A stretch of 64,000 nucleotides of DNA from Patescibacteria group bacterium (lineage in GTDB: Bacteria > Patescibacteriota > Patescibacteriia > Patescibacteriales > WJLG01): assembly GCA_028707065.1 (NCBI GenBank), contig JAQTUZ010000001.1:1551-65550 (forward strand), written 5' to 3'. Both the position numbers and the translations under genes were made by a program. Position 1 is the first letter of the stretch, and each line of letters starts with the position of its first letter. The notes under the pieces were generated by a model. That model was not told the DNA's origin. It did no database searches and was given only the letters and a program-made list of their open reading frames with translations. Below are positions 1 to 8,738 of the stretch, piece after piece.

Positions 1-247
1 CAAGGCCGCGGATTTTTTCCCACCAATCGGGCATCAAATCGCCGTCGCGGTCAGAACTGTCAACCGTTGCTTCTTTCGCCAAAGCAACATTGTTCAGTCT
101 TTTTGCCGCTGACAAAGAATTTATTTCCGCCCGATGCTTCAGGATCAATACGCTATCCGCGGCCTTAATTTGGGCCAAATCAACCTTTGCGGCGCCGATG
201 GAAACAAAAAGAAGAAGTGACAAGAAACAGGAAATCGCGAGCTTCAT
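1..247 (-). CDS. Partial CDS with its start at 247 and the C-terminus beyond the window edge; secreted hypothetical protein with an N-terminal signal peptide and a D-x-DGD calcium-binding-like motif
   Basis: The minus-strand ATG at 245-247 is preceded by AAGGAGG. The reading frame stays open to the window edge, and the N-terminus is hydrophobic (MKLAISCFLSLLLFVSIGAA). Confidence 0.45.
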   Translation of the reverse strand, partial: MKLAISCFLSLLLFVSIGAAKVDLAQIKAADSVLILKHRAEINSLSAAKRLNNVALAKEATVDSSDRDGDLMPDWWEKIRGL

Positions 248-480
248 ACCCGCCTCCTTTTTTTAAGTTATGGGTTTTGTTTTCGGACTTTTTTGCTCGA
301 TTTTAAAGAGCAAAAGAACCTTTTTTGTTATCAAACCTTACCGCTTTCGGCAAGCTTTGTCAATTAAAAATCCGGAGGATTATCTCTTAAAAATCCGCCT
401 ACTGCTTGCGGCACGATCGTCTCTGGCCGGCCCGGGCAAAAAGTCCGGCGGGAAAACAGTTATCTCAATACAAAAATAAA

Positions 481-508
481 AAAGCGAGGCTGCAATGTCC
501 TCGCTTTT
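481..508. terminator. Intrinsic terminator hairpin
   Basis: GCGAGG-9nt-CCTCGC followed by a T-run, directly downstream of the minus-strand CDS that ends at 513. Confidence 0.45.
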
Positions 509-512
509 GAAA

Positions 513-965
513 TTATCCCTTTCGCCCGGCGACATTGATTATGACGGCGGCAATTGCCCAATCTTTTAAGATTTCCGGCTCGCCGCCGGTATCGTCAGTT
601 CTTTTTATTGCTTCACGGCACTCTCCCCATCTTGTCTCCCAGCGGTATTCGGTTGCTCCGATCAGTCCGGCCAGTTCCGTACGATCCGCCTCGGCCTTGG
701 CCGCGGCAAATTTCTTTTTGTACGTTTGCAGCAGCGTATAGGTCGTTCTGAGCCTTTGGGGAAGATAGCCGACAACCCGGCGACTGCCGTTTTTAAAATC
801 TTTGGCCGATTTTTTGCTCGGCGGAATAAGAGCTTTTTTCCCTTTGGCCAGCAGACGATTTTCGTCGCCAATAATTTTATTTAGGACACCCACATTCCCT
901 CCTTTTTTAAACCTTGTTAAACATGCGGATTTCCCCGCCTGGATTTTTTTCTCCAGATCATCCAA
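513..965 (-). CDS. Hypothetical protein, paralogous to the next gene (shared FKNGxRR-x2-G-x-LP-x2-LR motif, possibly an HTH)
   Basis: 150-aa ORF with a motif shared with ORF 917..1351. It overlaps the upstream gene by 49 nt, so the true start may be a downstream non-ATG codon. Confidence 0.45.
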   Translation of the reverse strand: MDDLEKKIQAGKSACLTRFKKGGNVGVLNKIIGDENRLLAKGKKALIPPSKKSAKDFKNGSRRVVGYLPQRLRTTYTLLQTYKKKFAAAKAEADRTELAGLIGATEYRWETRWGECREAIKRTDDTGGEPEILKDWAIAAVIINVAGRKG

Positions 966-1351
966 GAATCATCGACACAAAGAGCCATAATGTCATCGCG
1001 CGAACATTTTCCCAGCTGCGGTTCTAACTGCAGCTGCAGAGTTTCTATAATGGTCCGTTTTTTCTCTGACTCAACCATCTTCCGGATTTCATTTGCGGCT
1101 TTCAAATCCCTGTACTCAATCCAAAGCAGCCAAATTTTTCTCAACTCTTCCGGCAGAAGGCCGGCCCTTTTCCGGCCGTTCTTGAAATTCAGCGGCGGAG
1201 TCGGCGCCTTAATGTTCGCTTTGCTTATTCGCTGCGAATCATCGGCTAATTCCCTGAACGCCTGGCTCAACGGGTTAGTCCCTTCTTGCTTCACGTTTTC
1301 CTCCTCTTTTTTTTCCGGGTTAGTTAAATAAAAAATTACAAATATCTCCAT
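917..1351 (-). CDS. Hypothetical protein, paralog of 513..965
   Basis: 144-aa ORF sharing the KNGxRR..G.LP..LR motif; the start overlaps the ychF 3' end. Confidence 0.4.
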   Translation of the reverse strand: MEIFVIFYLTNPEKKEEENVKQEGTNPLSQAFRELADDSQRISKANIKAPTPPLNFKNGRKRAGLLPEELRKIWLLWIEYRDLKAANEIRKMVESEKKRTIIETLQLQLEPQLGKCSRDDIMALCVDDSWMIWRKKSRRGNPHV

Positions 1352-2381
1352 CGCTGATAACGTATTCTTTGCCCTCCGTTCTGATCAAGCCTTTTTCCCG
1401 GGCTTTAGTTTCGCCGCCGACCGCGACAAAATCTTTCCAATTGATTATTTCAGCGCGGATGAATCCTTTTTCAAAATCGGTATGGATTTTTCCGGCAGCC
1501 TCGGGCGCGGTCGCGCCTTTATGAACTGTCCAGGCTCGGGTCTCGTCCGGCCCGGTGGTAAAAAAAGTGATCAGACCGAGCAAGCGATAAGCTTCGCGGA
1601 TCAATTTGTCCAAGCCGCTCTCGTTCAAACCCAGCTCTTTAATATACTCCGCTTGCTCATTTTCGGGCAAGGCCGCTATTTCCTGTTCTAATTTCGCATT
1701 CAACTTAATGGTATTCTGCGGCCACTGAACAAGATCGACCGGGGCTTCCGTGTCGGAAATATTCAAAACATACATGATCGGCTTGGCAGTCAGAAAACAA
1801 TTTTGCTTGACGATTTTTTTATCATCTTCATCTGATTCCATTTTCCGAATCGGCTGTTCCGATTCCAGGGCGGCTTTAATTTTGCCGAATAATTCTTTCA
1901 ATTTTATTTCTTCTTTTTTCCCGCTTTTGGCCGAGCTCTCGGCATTGCGATAAAGTTTTTCCGCCACGGCAAGATCGGCCAGGATCAATTCCGTATCGAT
2001 CGTGGCGCGATCCTCGTCCGGATTTATTTTTCCAGGCACATGGATAATGTCGGAATTTTCAAAATCCCTCACCACCTCGCAGATCGCGTCGCACTCCCTG
2101 ATGTGCGACAAAAATTTATTGCCCAAGCCCTCGCCTTCGTTGGCGCCTTTGACCAGGCCGGCGATATCGATGAATTCGATCGTCGTATTAATGATTTTTC
2201 CCGGCTTAGAAATTTCCGCCAACGCCAAAAGCCGTTCGTCAGGAACTTTGACGACGCCGACATTGGGGTCAATCGTGCAAAACGGATAATTTTCCGCCGC
2301 GACCTGCTTTTTAGTAATAGCGTTAAATAAAGTGGATTTGCCCACATTGGGCAAGCCGACAATACCGATCGAAAGAGACAT
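1320..2381 (-). CDS. ychF: Ribosome-binding ATPase YchF (Obg-family GTPase)
   Basis: N-terminal GLPNVGKST P-loop, TGS-like C-terminus, 353 aa. Confidence 0.9.
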   Translation of the reverse strand: MSLSIGIVGLPNVGKSTLFNAITKKQVAAENYPFCTIDPNVGVVKVPDERLLALAEISKPGKIINTTIEFIDIAGLVKGANEGEGLGNKFLSHIRECDAICEVVRDFENSDIIHVPGKINPDEDRATIDTELILADLAVAEKLYRNAESSAKSGKKEEIKLKELFGKIKAALESEQPIRKMESDEDDKKIVKQNCFLTAKPIMYVLNISDTEAPVDLVQWPQNTIKLNAKLEQEIAALPENEQAEYIKELGLNESGLDKLIREAYRLLGLITFFTTGPDETRAWTVHKGATAPEAAGKIHTDFEKGFIRAEIINWKDFVAVGGETKAREKGLIRTEGKEYVISDGDICNFLFN

Positions 2382-2570
2382 TAAAATTTATTTTACGATT
2401 AATAATTATGAGTTATCTTATAATACCTAAAGAAATAAAGCAATAATTCGTTGATTATCGGCGAATTTGCCTTTTCCCCGAAACTTTGAACCAAAGATTG
2501 CGGCGTGGTATAATTAATAATGTATTCGAATTTCTTTTAAACGGTAATTTTATAAATTTAACATAAAATT

Positions 2571-4025
2571 ATGACTTTAAAAAAATCTGCAAAAATTGGC
2601 GGCAACAAAGCAAGACCTGGAAAAAATTCCACTTTAAACTGCCAACCGGATAATCTTAGCCGCGGATCGGTTAAAATGGGTTTGATGCTTGCTCTCGTGA
2701 TCATCGCCGTCGTTTTGGCGTTCGCGGCCGCGGCTTATTATCTGTATCCGCAGTTAGCCGGCATTAAAAAACCGGCGGCGGAAAAAAATGCCGCCACCTC
2801 GACTCCGGTCACCATCACCTATATCTCCAATCAGCCTCTGGTCGATCCTACCGACGCGGCAATCATTAACCTGGATAATATTATCGCCGATTTCACCAAA
2901 CAAACCGGCATCAAAGTCAACCGGATCAAGCCGCCGCAAGCGGTGGAAAATTATTCCGACATCAGCATCTATTTGCGGGATATTCTCCGCTCGGATCAGT
3001 CCAAGTTCGACGTCACGATGGTTGATGGCCCGTGGACCGGCATGTTCGCGCCTTATATGCTTGAGCTTACTCCGTATTTTAAAAATCGGCTGACGGAATT
3101 TTTTCCTGAATTGATCGCCAACGGCATGGTTGACGGGAAATTGATCGCCATACCGTATTTCCAGGACATGACCGTTTTGTTTTACCGTACCGATCTCTTG
3201 AAAAAATACGGCTATGCCAATCCGCCGCAGACCTGGGATGAATTGGAACAAATGGCCAAAGTGATCCAGACCGGCGAAAGAAAAATCCACGATAATTTTT
3301 GGGGCTATGTCTGGGCGGCCGATGAAAGCGAATCTTTGACTTGCACCGCCCTCGGGCTGCAGGCTTCCTATGGCGGCGGAACCATCATCGATAACGGAGT
3401 GATCACGGTTGACAATCCCCGCACCGCCCAAGCTCTGGAAAAAGCCATTGGCTGGATCGGAACAATTTCTCCGCCCAATATTTTAAAGTCCACCGAAGAC
3501 GACATCATCATGGCCTGGGATATCGGCAACGCGGCCTTTATGCAAAACTGGCCCGATTCTTACCAGATCAGCGAAGAGTCCATAATCAACGGCGAATACC
3601 AAATAACCGCTCTGCCTTCGGGCGGCTTCAAGCATTCCGGAGTCTATGGCGGAGAATATCTGGGCATTGACAAGCGCACGGCGCATCCTCGCGAGGCGGC
3701 GATGTTTTTGCAATATATGACCAGCCCGGAGGTGCAAAAAAAGCGGGCCATGGAAGATGTTTGGTCGCCGGTTCTTCTGGCCTTATATTCCGATCCTGAT
3801 CTGGCCAAAGCGCAGCCGGTCTATAATTACATAAGTTCGGCAATTTTTGCCCAAGGAGTGGAGCGCCCCGGATCGCAGATCAAAAATATCTACGATAGCG
3901 TGGCATCCGCATACTTTACCAATATCCACGCGATCCTGGCCAAAAAGGTCAGCATCAAAAACGGGCTGAAAGAATTGGAAACGGAATTGATCAATCTTAC
4001 CGGCTTGCCGGCGAGCAATGATTAA
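2571..4025 (+). CDS. ABC transporter substrate-binding protein, family 1 (sugar/maltodextrin-type), membrane-anchored
   Basis: 484 aa with an N-terminal TM segment; carries the PYFQDMTVLFYRTDLL and WGY.W motifs typical of SBP family 1. The true start may be the internal Met near 2676. Confidence 0.8.
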   Translation: MTLKKSAKIGGNKARPGKNSTLNCQPDNLSRGSVKMGLMLALVIIAVVLAFAAAAYYLYPQLAGIKKPAAEKNAATSTPVTITYISNQPLVDPTDAAIINLDNIIADFTKQTGIKVNRIKPPQAVENYSDISIYLRDILRSDQSKFDVTMVDGPWTGMFAPYMLELTPYFKNRLTEFFPELIANGMVDGKLIAIPYFQDMTVLFYRTDLLKKYGYANPPQTWDELEQMAKVIQTGERKIHDNFWGYVWAADESESLTCTALGLQASYGGGTIIDNGVITVDNPRTAQALEKAIGWIGTISPPNILKSTEDDIIMAWDIGNAAFMQNWPDSYQISEESIINGEYQITALPSGGFKHSGVYGGEYLGIDKRTAHPREAAMFLQYMTSPEVQKKRAMEDVWSPVLLALYSDPDLAKAQPVYNYISSAIFAQGVERPGSQIKNIYDSVASAYFTNIHAILAKKVSIKNGLKELETELINLTGLPASND

Positions 4026-5460
4026 TTTGCTCCCGAAAAATAAATTAAAATATTCAATCAAGAAAATCATGAACAACAAAATAAAAAATTTCAATCAGCC
4101 GCCAAGTAAAAAAAATTCGCTTGGGCCGATCATTATCGCGCTGATCATTGTTGTTTTGGCGGCAACCGCTTATTTTCTTTATCCCCAATTATTCGGCCAT
4201 AAAAAATCAGCTCAAGAAAATCATATCACTCCCGCCGCCCCGGTCACCATTACTTATATCTCCAATCAGCCGTTGGTCGATGCCGGCGATGGCGCGGTTA
4301 ATCGCTTAAATAATATTATCAACACCTTCACCAAGCAGACGGGAATTAACGTGGAAAGGGTCATCCCGCCGCAATCGGTCGTAACCTATTCGGACATCGG
4401 CCTGTATTTGAAAGATACTTTGAAATCCGGCCAGTCAGTTTTTGACATAACCATGGTTGATGGCCCCTGGACCGGCATGTTCGCCCCCTATCTGCTTGAT
4501 CTGACGCCATATTTCAAAGATCGGTTAAAAGATTTTTTTCCTGACTTGATCGCCAATGCCACGGTAGACGAAAGATTAGTGGCCATGCCGTATTTTCAAG
4601 ACATGACGGTTTTATTTTACCGCACTGATCTTTTGGAAAAATACGGTTACGAAAATCCGCCGCAAACCTGGGATGAATTGGAGCAAATGGCCAAAGTGAT
4701 CCAATCGGGCGAAAGAAAAACTAATTCCAAATTTTGGGGGTATGTCTGGGCGGCCAACGAAAGCGAATCTTTGACCTGCACCGCGCTCGGGCTGCAAGCT
4801 TCTTATGGCGGCGGCACTATCATTGATAACGGCAAAATAACGGTTAACAATCCCGAGGCAATAAAAGCTTTCACCAAGGCAACCGGCTGGATCGGAACCA
4901 TTTCTCCGGTAAGCGTTTTACAATCATCCGAAAGCGATATTTTGACGACTTGGCAAAATGGCAACGCGGCTTTTATGCAAAGCTGGCCGGGCTCTTTCGC
5001 CATGGGCGCTAATTCCGTGATTAGCGGCGACTACCAAATAACCGCCCTGCCTTCGGGCGGCTTCAAGCATTCCGGAGTCTATGGCGGAGAATATCTGGGC
5101 ATTGATAAGCGCACCGCGCACCCCAAGGAAGCCGCGATGTTTTTACAATATCTTTCCAGCCCGGCCGTGCAAAAAGAGCGAGCCAGGGAAGATCTCTGGT
5201 CGCCGGTTCTTCCGGCCCTGTATTCCGATCCTGATCTGGCCAAAGCGCAGCCGGTCTATGAATTTATCAGTTCGGATATTTTTTCCCAAGGCGTAGCTCG
5301 TCCCGGCTCTCAAGCGGGAAATGTTTACGATCAATTGGCAAACGCTTATTTCTCCGATATCCACGCGATCTTAGCCAAGCAAATCAGCGCCCCGGCCGGA
5401 CTCGCGAAATTGGAATCGCAACTGCATGAAATTACCGGATTGCCGATCGCCACAAAATAA
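4018..5460 (+). CDS. ABC transporter substrate-binding protein, family 1; tandem paralog of the previous gene
   Basis: 480 aa, roughly 65-70% identical to the upstream SBP (tandem duplication); no permease or ATPase genes are adjacent. Confidence 0.8.
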   Translation: MINLLPKNKLKYSIKKIMNNKIKNFNQPPSKKNSLGPIIIALIIVVLAATAYFLYPQLFGHKKSAQENHITPAAPVTITYISNQPLVDAGDGAVNRLNNIINTFTKQTGINVERVIPPQSVVTYSDIGLYLKDTLKSGQSVFDITMVDGPWTGMFAPYLLDLTPYFKDRLKDFFPDLIANATVDERLVAMPYFQDMTVLFYRTDLLEKYGYENPPQTWDELEQMAKVIQSGERKTNSKFWGYVWAANESESLTCTALGLQASYGGGTIIDNGKITVNNPEAIKAFTKATGWIGTISPVSVLQSSESDILTTWQNGNAAFMQSWPGSFAMGANSVISGDYQITALPSGGFKHSGVYGGEYLGIDKRTAHPKEAAMFLQYLSSPAVQKERAREDLWSPVLPALYSDPDLAKAQPVYEFISSDIFSQGVARPGSQAGNVYDQLANAYFSDIHAILAKQISAPAGLAKLESQLHEITGLPIATK

Positions 5461-5607
5461 ATGGCATCAACCGCAGGGCAAGCCCTGCACCCATCTTTTC
5501 TAAAAGGTATCCTCGCCGCAAGCGGATGAGGTATTTATCATCGCTCGCTCGGAAATAATCTCCGCGCGGCGCGGGATTATTTCGCTCGCTTCGCTTGATA
5601 ATAAATA
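5454..5607. repeat. Repeat family 1, copy a: a ~150-bp intergenic module containing a near-perfect 32-bp palindrome (GAAATAATCTCCGCGCGGCGCGGGATTATTTC, 5552..5583)
   Basis: Near-identical copy at 8103..8256; both end a few nt before an ATG start codon. Confidence 0.8.
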
Positions 5608-7647
5608 ATGGCCACCAATCCTTCCGCCAAGAATCAGCGGTTAGATTTTTTCACCAAAAATCAACCGATCAGAAAAATCCTGATAGTCGGATCTATCGGC
5701 GTGCTTATTTTCGCCTTTGCGCTGACCTTGGTGATCGTGATCATCAGCGCCAACCAATTTTTAACCACCAAAACCGGCAAATCATTCTTAGCTTTAGCCC
5801 AATCCAATAGCCAGCAATTCAGCGACGAGATCGCGAGCGAGATGAGCCTCTTGGGCACTTTGACGCAAAACGACATGGTCTACATGTATCTGCGCGATGA
5901 ATTTGATCCGGAAATCGCCAATTTATCAAAAGTTGAGCGCCAGGCCCTGATCCTCCAGCGCGAGCAAAAATGGCTGAATAATGACCGAGAGGTTCGCGAT
6001 TCGGTCACGAACAATATCTTAAGCCAAGGCTTTACCGCGTTTATCAGGAAGAATTTCGGCGTTAGCGAGATCGTTTTAGTTGACAAAGAAGGAAGAGCAA
6101 TCGCCTCCGGCGGGACAATGCCGGATCATTATTATTTCGGCGAGCAAAAATGGTTCAAGGATGTCAGTAACGGAATGAGCGATATCTATCTTGAAGAACC
6201 GGCCGTCAGCTCCGGCCAAAATAAATCCGAAGTGGAAATTATTTTATCGGTCAATCTCCCGTCGTTCAGCGTCTCGCGGGGATATTTATACGCCAAATAC
6301 GACATCAGCCAGTTAAAATTATTTTCCACCATTTTATTGGGCGATCCCAACGTTCACATGTCATTAGTTAATCAAAACGGGCTGGTTCTTTTTGATACCG
6401 TGGCCGGTCAGATCGGCGGCAATTTATCGGCGGTGATGACCAGACAGACCAGCCAAGAAGCCGCGCCAAATTGGCATCTCGGCCAAGATGCTTCCCGCAC
6501 TCCGCTTATTTATAGTTACGCGCCGATCTACTTCAACGACTTATCGATCAATCATCTTTCTTGGTCGATCTTTGTCAGAGAAACAAGCGCCCAAGCTTTT
6601 TCTTTCTTGACCGTGCTGTCCTTGACCATCTTTTTTATCGCCATTTTTATCTTTATCCTGTCTTCGCTGGTGATCTTCTGGCTGGCTTCGGGAATTACCC
6701 GCCCGATCACCAATCTCTTGGGCGTAGTGGAAGAATTTACCGCGGGCAATTATTCCCAGCGCGCCGAAGAATCCGGACCGTACGAATTCAAACTTTTAGG
6801 CGCTTCTTTCAATAAAATGGTTGATAGCATCTTGGCGGCAGAGAAAAAACGCTTGGAAGCGGAAAGGATAAAGAGAGAAGCGGCGGAAAAATACGCAAAA
6901 AAATTGGAAGATCTGGACAAGACGAAGGACAATTTCATCAATATTGTCACTCATGAGCTTAAAACTCCGTTGATACCGATCCTCGGCTTGACCGACGTGA
7001 TGGTGCAAAAGAAAAAAACTTTGTCGGCCGATTTTCAAAACTATGTCGATATCATCCACGACGAAGCGATCAAGCTTTCCGACCTGATCAAACAAATGCT
7101 CACCACCACCAGAATCCAGAATAACATGAAAATTCAAGAAGAAACTTTCAAGATCGACGAATTTATTTCAGGGAATCAAACCGCCTTGAATGAGTTAACG
7201 AAAAGAACTGGTTCAAAAATTGAATACAAAATCAACGCGGCCAACGTGATGATCTCCAGCGATAAAGAAAGGATTTCCCAGGTTATTTACAATTTGGTGG
7301 ACAATGCGGTAAAATACGGGCCAGTGGGGCAAACCATCACCATTACCTTGAGCCAGCCCGACAGCCAATCAGTTAAAGTGGAGGTAGCGGATCAGGGCAA
7401 GGGGATCCCCGTCGAACTTCGAGACAAATTATTCTTGAAATTTTCCCAGCTTGATCCGGCCGCTTCCCGCGCCGGGGAAGGCGTCGGATTGGGATTATAC
7501 ATCTGCAAGCAAAATATCGACCACTTGGGCGGACGGATCGGTCTGGAGAGCGAAGTCGGCCATGGTTCAAAATTTTATTTCGTCTTGCCTTTGCGACATG
7601 AGCTAAAAGATAATATTTCAAACGCGGCGAATAAAAGCAGCGGTTAA
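5608..7647 (+). CDS. Sensor histidine kinase (two TM segments flanking a ~290-aa extracytoplasmic domain, then HAMP, HisKA and HATPase_c)
   Basis: HELKTPL H-box and N/G1/G2 ATP-lid motifs (DNAVKYG, GEGVGLGLYIC). Confidence 0.85.
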   Translation: MATNPSAKNQRLDFFTKNQPIRKILIVGSIGVLIFAFALTLVIVIISANQFLTTKTGKSFLALAQSNSQQFSDEIASEMSLLGTLTQNDMVYMYLRDEFDPEIANLSKVERQALILQREQKWLNNDREVRDSVTNNILSQGFTAFIRKNFGVSEIVLVDKEGRAIASGGTMPDHYYFGEQKWFKDVSNGMSDIYLEEPAVSSGQNKSEVEIILSVNLPSFSVSRGYLYAKYDISQLKLFSTILLGDPNVHMSLVNQNGLVLFDTVAGQIGGNLSAVMTRQTSQEAAPNWHLGQDASRTPLIYSYAPIYFNDLSINHLSWSIFVRETSAQAFSFLTVLSLTIFFIAIFIFILSSLVIFWLASGITRPITNLLGVVEEFTAGNYSQRAEESGPYEFKLLGASFNKMVDSILAAEKKRLEAERIKREAAEKYAKKLEDLDKTKDNFINIVTHELKTPLIPILGLTDVMVQKKKTLSADFQNYVDIIHDEAIKLSDLIKQMLTTTRIQNNMKIQEETFKIDEFISGNQTALNELTKRTGSKIEYKINAANVMISSDKERISQVIYNLVDNAVKYGPVGQTITITLSQPDSQSVKVEVADQGKGIPVELRDKLFLKFSQLDPAASRAGEGVGLGLYICKQNIDHLGGRIGLESEVGHGSKFYFVLPLRHELKDNISNAANKSSG

Positions 7648-7673
7648 ATATTTATTATTCTAATATTGCGCTT

Positions 7674-8060
7674 ATGAAAATCATAATTATCGACGATGAA
7701 ATGAATGTCGTCACTACCATCAAAGCATTCCTCGCCGAGTTGAGCTCGGAGGTCGATTTCGCTTACAGCGGACAGGCGGGGATAAAAAAAATCGAGGCCG
7801 CTCCCGACTATAGCCTGTTAATTCTTGATTTTATGATGTCGGGAATGAGCGGGCTGGATGTTTGCAAAGTAATGAGTGAGGATGAAAAAATGAAAAAAAT
7901 TCCGGTTTTGTTGATTTCGGCCCTGCCGGTCACTTCTCCCGAGTTGCATGAACTCCTCGAAGAATTCAACGAAACTCACATGGTAAAAGGCGTGCTGGAA
8001 AAACCGTTCGGCAAAGACGTTCTTTTGGAAGAAGTAAAAAAAATAGTGAAGGCAGACTAA
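7674..8060 (+). CDS. Single-domain response regulator (receiver only, CheY-like)
   Basis: 128 aa with a DD acidic pocket and a phospho-acceptor Asp in LLILDFMMSGMSG; no output domain. Confidence 0.8.
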   Translation: MKIIIIDDEMNVVTTIKAFLAELSSEVDFAYSGQAGIKKIEAAPDYSLLILDFMMSGMSGLDVCKVMSEDEKMKKIPVLLISALPVTSPELHELLEEFNETHMVKGVLEKPFGKDVLLEEVKKIVKAD

Positions 8061-8102
8061 GCGATCTTGAACGGGAAACCCTTTAACCGGCGAGCGATCA
8101 TA

Positions 8103-8256
8103 AAATAAATGGTATTCAACCGCAGGACAGAGCCCGGCACCCATCTTTTCTAAAAGGTATCCTCGCCGCAAGCGGACGATATCTTTATCATCGCTCGCTC
8201 GGAAAGAATCCCCGCGAGGCGCGGGATTATTTCACTCGCTTCGCTTGATAATAAAA
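8103..8256. repeat. Repeat family 1, copy b (palindrome-bearing module)
   Basis: Roughly 90% identical to 5454..5607; ends 16 nt before the ATG of the acidic-protein gene. Confidence 0.8.
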
Positions 8257-8272
8257 AATAATTTTTAAACCC

Positions 8273-8560
8273 ATGGACGAAATATCGCAACTTATTTTGG
8301 AACTGGCCAAAACCAAAATGCGCGAAGCCGGCAACTTCAGCCGCGAAGCTTTCCGCGATTTTATCGAGGAAAGCATCGAATATTATTATGAGATCGGCCG
8401 CCTCTCGGAAGAAGATGATCTGGACGCGCTCAAAGAAGAATTAATGGAAACGTACAACGAAATCGAAAACGAAGAAGTCGAGGAACGGGAATTAAACGAC
8501 GAGGATGAAGCGGAACGTAAAGAAAAAAACGAAGAGCTCGAAGAAGAAAAAGAAGAATAA
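8273..8560 (+). CDS. Hypothetical highly acidic protein (Glu-rich C-terminus)
   Basis: 95-aa ORF preceded by repeat family 1 copy b and followed by a strong terminator. Confidence 0.5.
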   Translation: MDEISQLILELAKTKMREAGNFSREAFRDFIEESIEYYYEIGRLSEEDDLDALKEELMETYNEIENEEVEERELNDEDEAERKEKNEELEEEKEE

Positions 8561-8580
8561 CCGACAATTTCATAAAACAT

Positions 8581-8614
8581 AAAACTCCCGAGTTGAAAAC
8601 CTCGGGAGTTTTTT
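8581..8614. terminator. Bidirectional intrinsic terminator
   Basis: CTCCCGAG-9nt-CTCGGGAG followed by TTTTTT; sits between convergent genes. Confidence 0.7.
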
Positions 8615-8738
8615 ATTCGACGAAAGCGCATTGCCTGGCATTGAAACTAAAGACAAAAAATCAAAGCGGCAGCCCTTCATCAGGAGGCTGCCGCTCAGCA
8701 AAAAACGTTGCGCGTTACGGGCTATGAGTCATGCGAAA

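Noticed and set aside
270-479. 69-aa plus-strand ORF near the window start
   Set aside because: No ribosome-binding site, odd composition, and it sits in an intergenic region between a convergent terminator and the partial gene at 1..247.
2754-3431. 225-aa minus-strand ORF, and similar antisense ORFs at 3483..4094, 4612..5364 and others, inside the SBP genes
   Set aside because: Each is entirely antisense to a well-supported solute-binding protein gene and has no motifs. These are typical GC-biased shadow ORFs.
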